A DNA stretch of 60,887 nucleotides, counting the filler, from Sphacelaria rigidula (lineage: Eukaryota): assembly GCA_964200075.2 (NCBI GenBank). It is 7 parts of 7 records of this genome, joined end to end, with 100 filler letters (N's around TTAATTAATTAA, not from the genome) between each part and the next. Parts side by side here need not be neighbours in the genome. Positions count along the whole stretch, not along the records: positions 8,714 to 17,326 come from CAXNAA020010603.1; positions 17,427 to 26,039 come from CAXNAA020010604.1; 5 more parts are not named here. One strand, given 5' to 3'. Below, in pieces: positions 12,262 through 23,491 of the stretch (within the stretch, counting starts at the first letter, position 1; the number at the start of each line of letters is the position of its first letter). The position numbers were made by a program, and so were the translations under genes. The notes under the pieces were generated by a model. It was not told where the DNA came from, did not search any database, and was given only the letters and a program-made list of their open reading frames with translations.

Positions 12262-14472
12262 GCTGGCGTTCGAAACTAAAGATGCCCTCGGTCGATCCTC
12301 TTAGCGTTGACAGATCGAAATACATCAATGTCTCGTCGAGCAGTCATGTGACGCCTTGGGGTGAAAACAATGTGGCCTTATTTTATCATGTTTGTTTGTT
12401 TTTGTCATACTGTACTTCCAGCTCATCTCTCCCTTCAATCTAAGCGAGTCTGTAGTAGCCCGTCTCACCGAAGCTACAGTATCACCAACAAAAATCCTTC
12501 CCCCGGTACAGTACCGCCTCGGTGATACATCGAAGATCGGATCGGCATTCGCGCAGACCCCCCGTCGACTTTTTCAAAACAAAAATTCTGACAATCGATC
12601 GTCGTCGCGTTTTCGACAACTGAAACGGGCTTCTCTGCTAGGAAAAAAAATGTTACCTGTCAGGACTTCGAACTCGGAAACTTCCGTCCCACCGTAACTT
12701 CACTAGCTATTGGGGTACCAGTCAAGGGCACCGAGTTACGCTGCGCTTTGGAGAGTAGGGGAAAAGTAACCTTCTGGATTCGATGTCTCCGTAACCATGT
12801 GCGAATCAATATTACGGTGTGGCATGACCAGCGCACTAAAAATTAAGCAGCAGTCGCTACCGAAATGACAAACGTGTGCACCGACAGGGGGGAAAGATGG
12901 ATGGGTCTCTCTCTGTAGAGAAGGGACTCGTCCCGAGGGCTTAAAGTATGACGAAGAACAAGAGAGAGGAACACTGATGACTTTAAAAACCCGAAGAGAA
13001 CACAGGCCGACATATGAGTTATGTGTGTGCTGTATTCATAGTAGCCTTGAAAAGTATATAGCTTTTGTAGGCCTTGCACGCTATGGGGCACCAAGCAAAC
13101 GTCAGTTATCCTCAAACGCCAACAGCTAATAATGGCGCGGCACCTAACCTGGCATTCCCATGGACAACTCAGTGACGGGGGCTGGTGGTAGGAGGCGCAT
13201 CTTCTGTACTCTGAACTTGCGAAGTCCTCGGATCTGATACCAGCTAGGCCTAGAATGGATCCAGGATGAGGGAGAACAGGGCGGAGCTTGGTATGCATAA
13301 TTTGTCGGACACCCAGTGACTCTCGAACCCAACCACAGCGCAGGTGGTAATCTGGGTTGGGTTCGCACACTGCTCACCACGTCGGAACAAATGTAGTACA
13401 GCACAGCACACGCGTGTGCATGCTGATGGTGGTAGATGCCTCTTCTGTTGAAGTTGCACAACTCCTCGGATTTGATGAATGTATTTAGTGCAGTTGGCCT
13501 GAATATACTGTATATAGCAGCGAGTCGTGCTCGCGTGTTCGCGTGAGTTTTGGGAGCGCCCACATATACCGAAAGGTGTAGACCAGCGTCCAGAATATAT
13601 GGGACGACAAAACACACACACAGCACACTCCGGCGGCGCTCACTGCTCACAACGCCGGAGGCGCAAACGAAATACTGCACAGTAAATAACAGCATAGTAC
13701 AGCACGCGTCTGCGTGCCCAGAGCGGTTCTTGTGGCAATTCGGTCCCGAGCTGTGCTTCTGACGTGCGATAACACCCCCTTTCAGCCTTCCAAGAGGGAG
13801 GAGATCGGACGCACACGGGGTACACAAAGCCGGAAGAACCGATGAAGCTGAAACTTGTTGAGTGCATGTAAAGTGGTGTGAGCCTTTCAGAAGTGCTTCA
13901 ATTCAAGTTGCGATAGGCAAGTCTGAGAAATCAAGACTCACGATACCCCTCGAACAAGGTGGGATTGAGTTTGTTCTTCAGTGCATCGGGACACACGAGC
14001 GAAGAAAAACGCCGGGAGCACAGATGAAGCCAAAGCTTGTTGAGGGCGTGTGAAGTGACGTTAGATGGACGGTGGGGTGTTGGTTTTTTTCACGCCGCGG
14101 GGCTTCGCTTCGATTCGGCTAAAAACATTGCGTGGCTCGGAGGTTCGTAATGACGGACCGCCAAACGGACAGAAAATGAATTTAGCAACATTTTTTGCGA
14201 GATTGAGAGTCAACTCGTGAGCCGTTTGTGGAATTGGCATAATTTTCAGTCGAAAATATACTGTGTGACTTCCATTACCAGCCCTGGCGGTCATTGTTTT
14301 TATATTTACATTCCGAAGATTTAATCTTTGGGTATACGAAGTGTTATCCGAAAGTAAACAAAGGTCGACATGCAAGTAGTTAAAATTACGACGGATTCCT
14401 AGCCTACACTCGCATCCAAACGTATTACTCGGATCAATATTTGGAATGCATGAAATCATATCCGACATGTAA

Positions 14473-14793
14473 GTTAGTTCACCACTTGGGAGGGTGAGTT
14501 AGTCCGACTTGATTTTAGCGTCAGCACCGGAATCCGGATCTTCAATGGGGGCTGTGCTCCTATTGACAGTGTGCCCCTAGCGTGCGCAGAACGCGTTTTT
14601 GTCTGAATCGGCGCCTGGGGCGTCGATTTGAGGTCTGGCAACGCACACTTTTTGTCCAGAAAATATTTTGCACCCCCCTTGCCCGAGGGTCCTTGGTATG
14701 TCTTCGTTGGGGTGAGGGTTAGGGTTAGTGTCAGAGTAATTCGAAACCATGAACCTCCGAAAATATTCTCATCCTCCCAGGTGGCGAACTAAC
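14473..14793. mobile_element. MITE-like element with 26-bp imperfect TIRs and internal TTAGGG-like repeats
   Basis: Left end GTTAGTTCACCACTTGGGAGGGTGAG; right end reverse-complemented GTTAGTTCGCCACCTGGGAGGATGAG; GGGTGAGGGTTAGGGTTAG at ~14711-14729. Confidence 0.65.
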
Positions 14794-14959
14794 ATGTTAC
14801 TGTCTGCACGATGTATTGCGGGGCATTGACGAGAGGAATATTTCGATGGTTGATATCCTCATTCGCATTATTTTCATGTTATTTCAACAAAGCGGGTATT
14901 TCCCTATCATTACTCATACGTGTTCCGCATCGTCATTCGAAGAAACCCCTTCACCGCTA

Positions 14960-15275
14960 GGGTAGGTGTGTGTTGCCATCACATCTATTCTGGACGCCAG
15001 TCTACACCTTTCGGTATGTGTTGGCGCACCAGCCGGGGTCACACAGCAGGAAGGCCAACGCAAGAGTTTTTCTTCGTTATTTTGTTTTCAAGACTCCACC
15101 TTCCTTCTGCGGTGCTCGCCTTGTTTTTTATCGCGAGAGGAGTTCAGAAGTGCTTTTCCCTCGTCGACCGTGCAGTCTAATTTTGGGTACCACACAACAT
15201 GGTCGGTCTCCACTGTTGGACATTGTGTGAGGAAAAATCCCAGATCGTGTGAATGCACCGAGATTCGAACCCGCG
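14960..15275 (-). mobile_element. tRNA-derived SINE, family 2 (5' truncated, (CA)n tail)
   Basis: B-box GGTTCGAATCT; body homologous to 35097-35460; the 3' end also occurs at 13555-13628. Confidence 0.7.
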
Positions 15276-15313
15276 GCATTCGCTTTGCTTTTTATCCGCA
15301 TCTCGAAACGCAG

Positions 15314-15580
15314 GTAGCTTCCGTACCTGTGGAAGGATTCGTGAACGGACTGGCCGTGTCTTCTACTGGGAAGTTTCTGGTGGCGGCTGTGGGTCAAGAG
15401 CACCGACTCGGCCGATGGGAGCACTTCAAAGAGGCCCGCAACGAAATTTGTGTAGTACAACTTCCTACATCCGACGACACGAACGAAAATGCCGTGGTCG
15501 ACATGGATACTGAGGATGCTGGTAGCGCTCGTGGCGGTAGTGAGCAAACGGATATTGATGGGACGGAGTTGGACGAATAA
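15314..15580 (+). CDS. RRP9: Last exon of U3 snoRNA-associated WD40 protein RRP9 (U3-55K)
   Basis: Acceptor TTTGCTTTTTATCCGCATCTCGAAACGCAG|. The translation GFVNGLAVSSTGKFLVAAVGQEHRLGRW...EARNEICVVQL matches the conserved RRP9 C-terminal GQEHRLGRW motif. Stop TAA at 15578-15580. Confidence 0.9.
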   Translation, partial: VASVPVEGFVNGLAVSSTGKFLVAAVGQEHRLGRWEHFKEARNEICVVQLPTSDDTNENAVVDMDTEDAGSARGGSEQTDIDGTELDE

Positions 15581-15920
15581 TAAATGGCACTCTGAGACTG
15601 CGGTTTCAGGCTGACGATAGCACCATTGAACGTAAAGTTTTGATTGATCTCTCTGGTGGATAGTGCATTGCTCGCAGATGGGGTCTCACCGTACCCTACC
15701 CTGACGGAGACGGCACCGTGCAGTCGCGGGCGTTGGGTTCGGCGGTGGTTCGGCGATGCAACGACGTTACTGTTCATCTAAACTGAAGCCAGCACGTGAC
15801 TGTTGTGTGTGTTGCAGCGCTTGTTTTTGCCGATGGCCGCATCAACCTGACTGGAAGACTTGTTCAGGGTTCAGGCTTGGCGCAGCGTCTCCCGTGCTAC
15901 AGTGTGTCAGCGGATCGATC

Positions 15921-16600
15921 GATTGATTGATTGTCGTACTTGAACTGACTCCCCCAGGGGTCCAGCCGTGGTCTCATGATGAACGTACCCAAGAAGAACA
16001 AAACTGAAAGACCCGCCGATGAGAAGGAAGAGGGAAAAAGAGTCGAACAGAACGACATCGTAAATGAAGACGTACAAGAAAAAGAATAATAAAAAAGTCG
16101 ACAAAACCAAAGCATAGGAAGAAATGGCCGACCTGAAACAAAAAAGGACAGAAGAGGAAAGTAAGAGCAAATGAAATAAAATAAAGTAATATGATGAAAA
16201 AAAAGGAAAAGCCCAAGGGATTCAGGGCAGCAGAGTATAGATACAGATAACCGACTATGAGGACATCATCAATGACAGGGTTCTTCGATTGGCAGCCCTG
16301 GACGCAGCAGCCCCTCGCTTGTGACGGCGGTATGATTCTCGCTTGTCCGCGCGTCGCCACGTGTCCTCAAACTCTTCCGCTCCCTTTTCGACTCCAATGT
16401 ATCATTTCCCTATGTTCTTCGCCGCAGTGACCCAATCGTATGCATCGTTAAACTCTACAACGTAGACGAACCACTTCCGTCGGGCTCCTTTGGACAGCCC
16501 CTAGGGCACGTATGTTCTCCTTCAGAGTATCCCCCCATTGCTTGGAGGAGGGGGCTAGCAGAATGAACGATAATTCAGGGGCCGCAAGTACAATGACGAA
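15921..16600 (-). mobile_element. Degenerate LINE 3' end (ORF2 C-terminus, T-rich 3' UTR, (AATC)n tail)
   Basis: Minus-strand translation KQWGDTLKENIRALG...DWVTAAKNIGK*YIGVEKGAEEFEDTW resembles RTE-type ORF2 C-termini; the tail is shared with 5900-5995. Confidence 0.65.
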
Positions 16601-16789
16601 TTACTACGAGAGCGATATAGCGATCTCGATACATACAAGCGATCGTTTGCATACATATCTTGCGTCAACCTTTGTACAAGAAAAATCGTTTTTTTTTTAT
16701 GATGGATGGATACAATAGGGGGTTGGTTTGTCGTGAAGGCCCATGCTCATATTGCTCAAGTCGTGCATTGAACCTTTTGCATCGTAATT

Positions 16790-17077
16790 TTCTCATCGAC
16801 TCCTCCCGTTCCTGGAGACGAGTCTCTGGTCTCAGGGGATTGACCCAACCCATCTCTCACCGGATACAGTAGATGCCGGACAATTTAGTATCGCCGGTCG
16901 AAGCAGCTCTCTCGCACCCTGTCGACTTCCGTCAACTCTTCCTTGCTACTCACCTCTCGACGTTTTCAACGTCAAAAATCGGATTCCATGAAAAAAAAGG
17001 CTGATGTATGTGCCGGGGTTCGAACCTGCCACTCCACCCTGACCGCCTTTACAGCGTATCAGACTATCTGGGCGCGG
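16790..17077 (-). mobile_element. Diverged tRNA-derived SINE (family 1 tail)
   Basis: B-box GGTTCGAACCC at ~17015-17025 (minus); 3' part GAGAGATGGGTTGG..ATCCCCTGAGACCA resembles family 1. Confidence 0.55.
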
Positions 17078-17326
17078 CGACCTGAGCATGTAAAATGTAC
17101 ACACTCTGGACAATGAACACAATAATAGTTCGTTGCTTCAGCAATAGACACGGGGGAAAATATATCGATATATATTATCGAACACGATAGATGGTGAAAG
17201 ACATCTATTGAGATGCATTGCAAGGAACATTAGATGTTGCAATAATAGTCGATCGATACGAGCTGGGCCAGCCTAAAAACGGATTTAAGCTCTAAAAGCA
17301 ATATCTCATCGACACAGACGAGTTGG

Positions 17327-17426
17327 NNNNNNNNNNNNNNNNNNNNNNNNNNNNNNNNNNNNNNNNNNNNTTAATTAATTAANNNNNNNNNNNNNNNNNN
17401 NNNNNNNNNNNNNNNNNNNNNNNNNN
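17327..17426. other. Artificial scaffold linker
   Basis: N44-TTAATTAATTAA-N44. Confidence 0.99.
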
Positions 17427-19339
17427 TTTCTTCCTTTTCGTTGGCGCAGCGCCCCGCCGCCCCGGCCCGGGGGGGGGCGGGGGGGGGGGGGGGGGGGGTG
17501 GGGGGGGGTATTTTGGGCCATTCCTTCAATGAAATTCCATTTTTTCATGTCGTCGTTGAAAGCAGCAATAAATGGTTGTTATAGCGCGCTTGTTATCGAT
17601 CAATAACGCTCATACTGCGTTACACCGCTTTTGCCCAAATACTGTACAAGCGCACCGCGAGTGTGCTGGGTCGTCTGACACAGCCATGATCACATATTTT
17701 CGTGAAATCAAACACCTCCGCCTAGAGATATTTCTATTCATACTGCGTGACACCGTTTTATCTCAAATACGAGCGCTGGAGTGAGCAATATATATGTTGA
17801 CTCGGGGTCATTCCTCCTTAAAAACTGACTGTAAACACTCAAATGTCCCACCCTGGCGGTGAACGGTTTCGTGCGTGGAACATGGTGGATCCTGTACTGC
17901 ATCTCTTGAGCTTGGTGGCGTTCGGCCTGCATCACCACGCCGGGGGGTGATGGCAATACTGGGCACCCCCATATTCCACCACCTGCCTACTACACCTCCT
18001 GTTTGCCCCGCACGCCGTATGATATGCTTACGTACGACCTGGCCCACTACGATTGGTTTGAAATCAACTGACGCGGATGTAGTGAGTAAGTCCTGTGGCT
18101 TGGCGCGGAGTTGCCCGGTCCACGTCTGTCAATTCTATCGGCATTCCACATGATGATACAGGGTGAAGGCACCGTTACCATGTTGAATATGTGTGTGTAT
18201 ATATGTATATGGACACAACGTTCAGGTGACCTGGGAACTATTGTGTTGTTTCCTTGTTAGTTCTGCCGTTTCCCCCTTCAATTCGTCATGTGTCTCCTCG
18301 CGCTCGTTCGGACAGGGGTATTTGGTATGTCCCGCCTCTTACCGCAACGTTGGTGGATCGCGGAAACGGAGAGAAGTGAGCTTCGCCACCATCGTAAAAC
18401 GTGTGGTGGCCACCTCCCTCGTATTCTGTCGAGGACGACATTCACTCGTGTTATTTTGTGGTTTTCAGTGAGACCTTTAGTGGGGAAATCGCGTCCATGT
18501 CTGTTCGCCTCCTCATGTGCACCAGTGACATACTACTGCATGGTCCAGCCCGAGTGCTGCCATGCAGTGGCTGGTATGCACATTTGGTCACCAGGCGATT
18601 GGCGTGCGGTGCTGTGCTAGTCTCTCAGATCAAACTAGACAACTGCGGAGAGAGTGAGACACATACACATGTATACAACACATGCGGAGTAGTGGAGCGC
18701 AAGTTTCACGTATTTTTGGTGCCCACTCGCTGACGAAAACTGCACTTATTTTGTGCAGAAAAGATGAGAGCAAAAGGAGCGGAGGAAATAAGAGTGCAAG
18801 AACATATGTCGTAACGTACTTGGCAATCCTCAAATTCTCGAATGGAGCTGTCGTTCGTCCTGACCTCGGAGTCTAAACGTCAAGATATTGCTGCCTACCG
18901 AATCCCAGAAGCCTCACAAAATCTTGGAGAAGATGTCGCAAATTGAAGATCGTTCCAACATTGAGGACAAGTGTATATTCTGTCCACTGTCGTTATATGT
19001 GCATTAGCACAGGGTTGAGACCATGTGCTCAATCATGCCCATCTCTATATATATTATATGCGAACAAGTGTGGAATTGGGGGACGATTTATTGTCCTCGC
19101 CAACTGGCGAATATTAACCCTTACACGGCGAGAGTAGGTCATCTGTTGAATCGGCATTAATTTCACTTGACAGAAGTATGCATGGTGCATATGGACTACC
19201 CTACTCGCGGTCCAAGGGTTAATGTAGAATTGGGAGCTCATCATATTGCGTGGCAAATATATATACATATATATATATATGTGTATTAAGGAGGAAAAAT
19301 AATGCGTTATTGGAGCTCAAGCGAGAGAACAGCCACCCA

Positions 19340-19638
19340 TTTTTTTTCCCTTACACTTCGAACCCCTCCCCTTCATCGGGATGAGTCCGTGGTCTCAAGG
19401 GATCAACCCATATCTCCCCCGGTACGTGCCTTACATTTTGATCTCGCGGATTAGGTCAGCACTTCCGCACCGCGTCGACTCACGCCACACAAACCCAGTC
19501 GATTACTTTCTTTACTCACATTCTCGCGCTTTTCACGGTGGAAATCATACATTACGATGAAAACCCCAACGCATCGGGAATTGAACCCCCGTTCTCTCCA
19601 CCCTAATGGCGACAGTCGGACCGTTACACCACCGGGGC
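19340..19638 (-). mobile_element. tRNA-derived SINE, family 1
   Basis: Full-length reverse-complement homolog of 5485-5792. Confidence 0.85.
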
Positions 19639-20409
19639 GCGGCGGTGAACACGAGAAGGAAAGACGATGTCAAAGGGAGGGTGATGGGTATTCTCCACCT
19701 TTGATCATGGTTACAATACACCCTTCATATACGTAGATAGATGTAAGATTCCACGCTTTGTTGGTGGATCAACCTGGTCGGGGGTTTTGTCGCGGACGAT
19801 ATCACTCGAAAGTCTTGAACCAGTGGGCGTTGTTGTTGGTGAAAAGACGCAGAAGATCTTCTCCCTGGTGAGATTGCATTTATTTCCCGTTTTGATCTTG
19901 TCGGGGTGCTACAGAGAGACATATTTTAGGGTTTGAAGTAAGTATTTTTCGTACACAAGTACGTTATTTCGTCTGCAGCACTCGTAGCGCGAAAACGAGC
20001 TACAAAACGAGAAGACAAAAAACGTGGAATTGTCCCGCAAAGCGATGGGGGGTTGATTGTTCGAGGGAAAATATCAGCAAGAAGAGAAAAAAAGCTGGGG
20101 GCTGTGCACTCCTCCGATATCCGACGATCGGTGAGCCCGTAGGCCGTAAAAAAGTGGTCGTACAAAAGAAACAATTTCTGTTTTGAATTTTGCGTCGGGT
20201 ACTACTATCTGTAGACCCCCCTGAAGTTTGGGAGATCAAGCTTTAAGAGAGTCTCCTCGAGAGTAGGATTCGACATCGCGGTGAGGTTGAATCTGCTGTT
20301 GAAATTTCGCCATTTCTTTTTGTGAAAGTAGTTGGAACAGCGAAAGTACGTTCAGGCTAGTTTGTTTGTGTTGGAAATTCCGCAGGTGTGGCAGGGTACG
20401 TGGAACGAC

Positions 20410-21115
20410 AACCATGAGTGGAATTCAAGAAAAAAAAGCACCAAGCCCCCAGGAGACATCGTCAAGGATAGATTTCCCATGATGAATCGAGCGCCTGATT
20501 TTCATCTTTTTGAAACGTTTTCAGCCACAAGGTTCACTGGTCCAGAAGGGATGCAGAGGAAACGGTATTTCAGAGACTGTGACTGTGACATCGTAAGACA
20601 AGTTAGTCCCGGGATTCAACCCCCCCCCGCGTCGGAATTCCTTCTTTTCAGCGGTACTCGGACCGTTGCGCACGGTGAGTGCTCATCACTCTGGAAAGCA
20701 GAGGTACAGATAGCTTGTTTGTACCATAGCGACTTGGGCAAGCACGCCGCTGACAGAGTTGGGCAGCGCGGCGTGAATTACAGGGGTGTTAAACCCGGGG
20801 TGAAACTGGGTCCAATGGCTTAACAGCCTGAAGGGCCCCGGGATTATCTTCTTGTGAAGATGTCACAGCTTCAACTGAGCTAGGCAGTCAGCCAGCTTCA
20901 ACTGAGCTAGGCAGTCAGCGCTGACTGTTTAGCTCAGTTGAAGCTGTGACATCTCAACAGGAGAAAGTGCATCTCTCGTATTCCGGAATCGAATCTCGTG
21001 GCTGGAAACGTTTCATACATGCGAAAATGGGGCACTCGATGCATGGGAAATCTGTGCTTGAAAATCTTTCCGGGCGGCTTGGTGCTGTTTGTTTTTCAAT
21101 TCCACCCATGGTTGG
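20410..21115. repeat. Diverged inverted repeat pair with an internal near-perfect palindrome (20858-20954)
   Basis: 20410-20550 is an inverted homolog of ~20965-21115. The palindrome AGATGTCACAGCTTCAACTGAGCTA...TAGCTCAGTTGAAGCTGTGACATCT carries a 27-bp tandem duplication. Confidence 0.7.
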
Positions 21116-21417
21116 AGATGTTTGGAAGAAACTACGGCATCGTATTCCTTCACGCCCTTGGGAACCCGACGAAGGTGCCTTCTCTCAGCTGCTCGTAACA
21201 GTTGTGAGACCTTAAAAAAAACAGTACTAAAGCACCCCAAGTTCGAAATGGCCATGACGTAAGTTGAGATGTTTCTCGCGTATACTCTTCGATAGAAGTT
21301 GTGTTCGCTAGCGTTGATAGATTTTGGTAAGATACACACATCGTCTCCCACCCCCCAGTGCCCAAGTCGGTGCTAGTCGATGTTATCGGGCGATTCGAGT
21401 AGGTACCCCGTTTATCA

Positions 21418-22980
21418 GGAGGGTGTTATTGACTGTGAACCATAGTGATTCGGCTCTAGTGCAATAAGTAGGTAGAGACTAAAAAGAGCAAGCCTTTTCA
21501 TTTGTCCACAAATACGATCGGGACAGCTTCGATCGACCGACAATACTGAAGAGTCAGAATCTGGGCTGAAAAGTGGCAGGACCTCCGATGACCGGTCAGC
21601 CCATAAGTCACTCAGTATCGAGTACATATGATTGTTTTTTCTTGGGATGTGGAGCGGATACTAGTATCTCCAGGTCCCCAACGTGATGAGCGGTGCGGCG
21701 GACGCGAAACATGCAGAGCTGGCGGACAAGGGTTTGTGCCCAAATTGTGCGTTTCCCAAGATAGCCAAAGTGCTACCTGCCTCCAGGACATCGCCTCCTT
21801 GAACGCCGTTCCGACTACCCGAAGCTCTGGCAAGGGCCTGTCAGGGTTTCCCGCAGGACCGGTACGACTTGTAGATCGTAGCCTGACCTTTTTTTTGCAA
21901 GTTCCACTTTTTTCTCTCTTCCTTTTCCCCTTCATTTTTCCTCGTGTGCTCCACTGCCTTCTCTCGAGTTTTTCTCAGCGTATACAGCTCCCGTCGTTTA
22001 CCTTGGTTGGGTATGATGTCGATAGTTTGTGACGACGGCCGGGTTCCTCGCGGGCCAACGTCATCTCATGCGCCAAAGAAACAACTGAGCAAAACGTCAC
22101 ATGATATACTGTAGTTTTCATCTGAAATAGGAGTTTCTTGTAAATGTTTCGTAGTCGGAGATTTTCAATGGTTTGTTCGCGTGCCACCGCTCATCCCAGC
22201 GAGCGGTTGATCCCAATGTTCGGGAGTCGGAAGATACTAGGCATCCGCTCCACCTTCCGAAACAAGAATCGCATCTGCGCTCAATCTTGAACGACTTCCG
22301 AGCTAAACTGACAGGGGGGTGTTAATGACCGCGTATGGTCCAAAACACATTTTTTTCGCTCTAGCTTAATGAATAGGGAGGAAATGAAATAAGAAGGGCC
22401 CGTAAAATCGTTCATGAGTGTAATCGGAATCGGTTCACCCCCCACCCGTGCAATGCCGAGCTCGGTTGGGCGGTTTTCGTTCTTGGGTACTTTTCTGAAC
22501 TGTCTCGTGTAGTATCCGTCCTTGGCGCTTGGACGTCCTAGCGCCCATAGATATCGGGAAGACAGTCAGGCCGTGCTCAACGCACAATACTCGTCGGTTG
22601 GTGTTGTCGGGGTGATACGGATTGAGTACCTTGTTCATCAGGGGGTGTTATCGACCGTTCCTGATCCAACAAACATAGTTTTCCGGCTTTAGCCTAATAA
22701 GTAGGTGAAAATTGAAAGAAGCAATATTTCCATTTGTTCGTGAAAACGATTGCGATTTTCAATCGAGCAAAAATGCACAAGGGTCAGATCCTGGGGCTGG
22801 GTAGTCTCAAGACCTCCGAAAACCGATCAGCCCCCCAGTCGTTCAATAATGAGCGCAGACGCGATCTTCTTTCGTAATGTGGAGGGAATGTCTAGTATCT
22901 CCCGTTTCCCAAACTTTGGGACCGAACGTTCACTGGGATGAGCGGTGGCACGCGAAAACACTTTCGAATACCCCTGACTA
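21418..22980. mobile_element. Cluster of diverged non-autonomous DNA-transposon fragments starting GGGGGTGTTA (PIF/Harbinger-like ends)
   Basis: Homologous segments start at ~21418, ~22313 and ~22639, with an inverted piece at 22135-22300; a related copy lies at 52430-52635. Superfamily is inferred from the terminal motif only. Confidence 0.5.
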
Positions 22981-23424
22981 CTACAACGAAACTACGAACA
23001 TCTCGTGTGACTAATGCCGAGATAGCCCCCCAACGAAAAGTCACCGGAGACCGTCCGACAAACCAGCTGCGATCCCACTATTGGGCTTGTTTGCAGAAAT
23101 TCCGCCCACATGAGAGGCGTGTAGCAGTTCAACATCACTTATAACGCCCAAATGAGTCGCGTCGTGCACCACGAAACCAGCTCTGACGGTATCTAGATCA
23201 TCGCCTCCGTGCACAGTTTTGGTCGGTTTGGGGAGGGGTCCATCTCTGCAGCAGTCATACGATGTGACTGGTCTTCGAGAAATAACGCGAGCACATGCGG
23301 GATGACGACTCAGAATATACTACAGCACTAGAATACGCATACACATCAAGGGATATCGTAACAAGTTGCTTGGAGAGCCATAGGTATTCAACCACAAACT
23401 CGGCAACCCGGAGGTGGCGGGAGG

Positions 23425-23491
23425 GGGGGTACGATTCCATTCGTTTCTTGCCTTAGTCGTTTGACCATTGACCACGCATCCCTTTCGAGAC
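23425..23491. repeat. Family A poly(G)/(C)-bounded short element (variant)
   Basis: CTTGCCTTAGTCGTTTGACCATTGACCACGCATCCCTTTCGAGAC, followed by a partial second copy. Confidence 0.75.

Noticed and set aside
18490..18600. JmjC-like PGDxxxIPxxWxH on the minus strand
   Set aside because: A short match with a nearby in-frame stop and no convincing splice sites.
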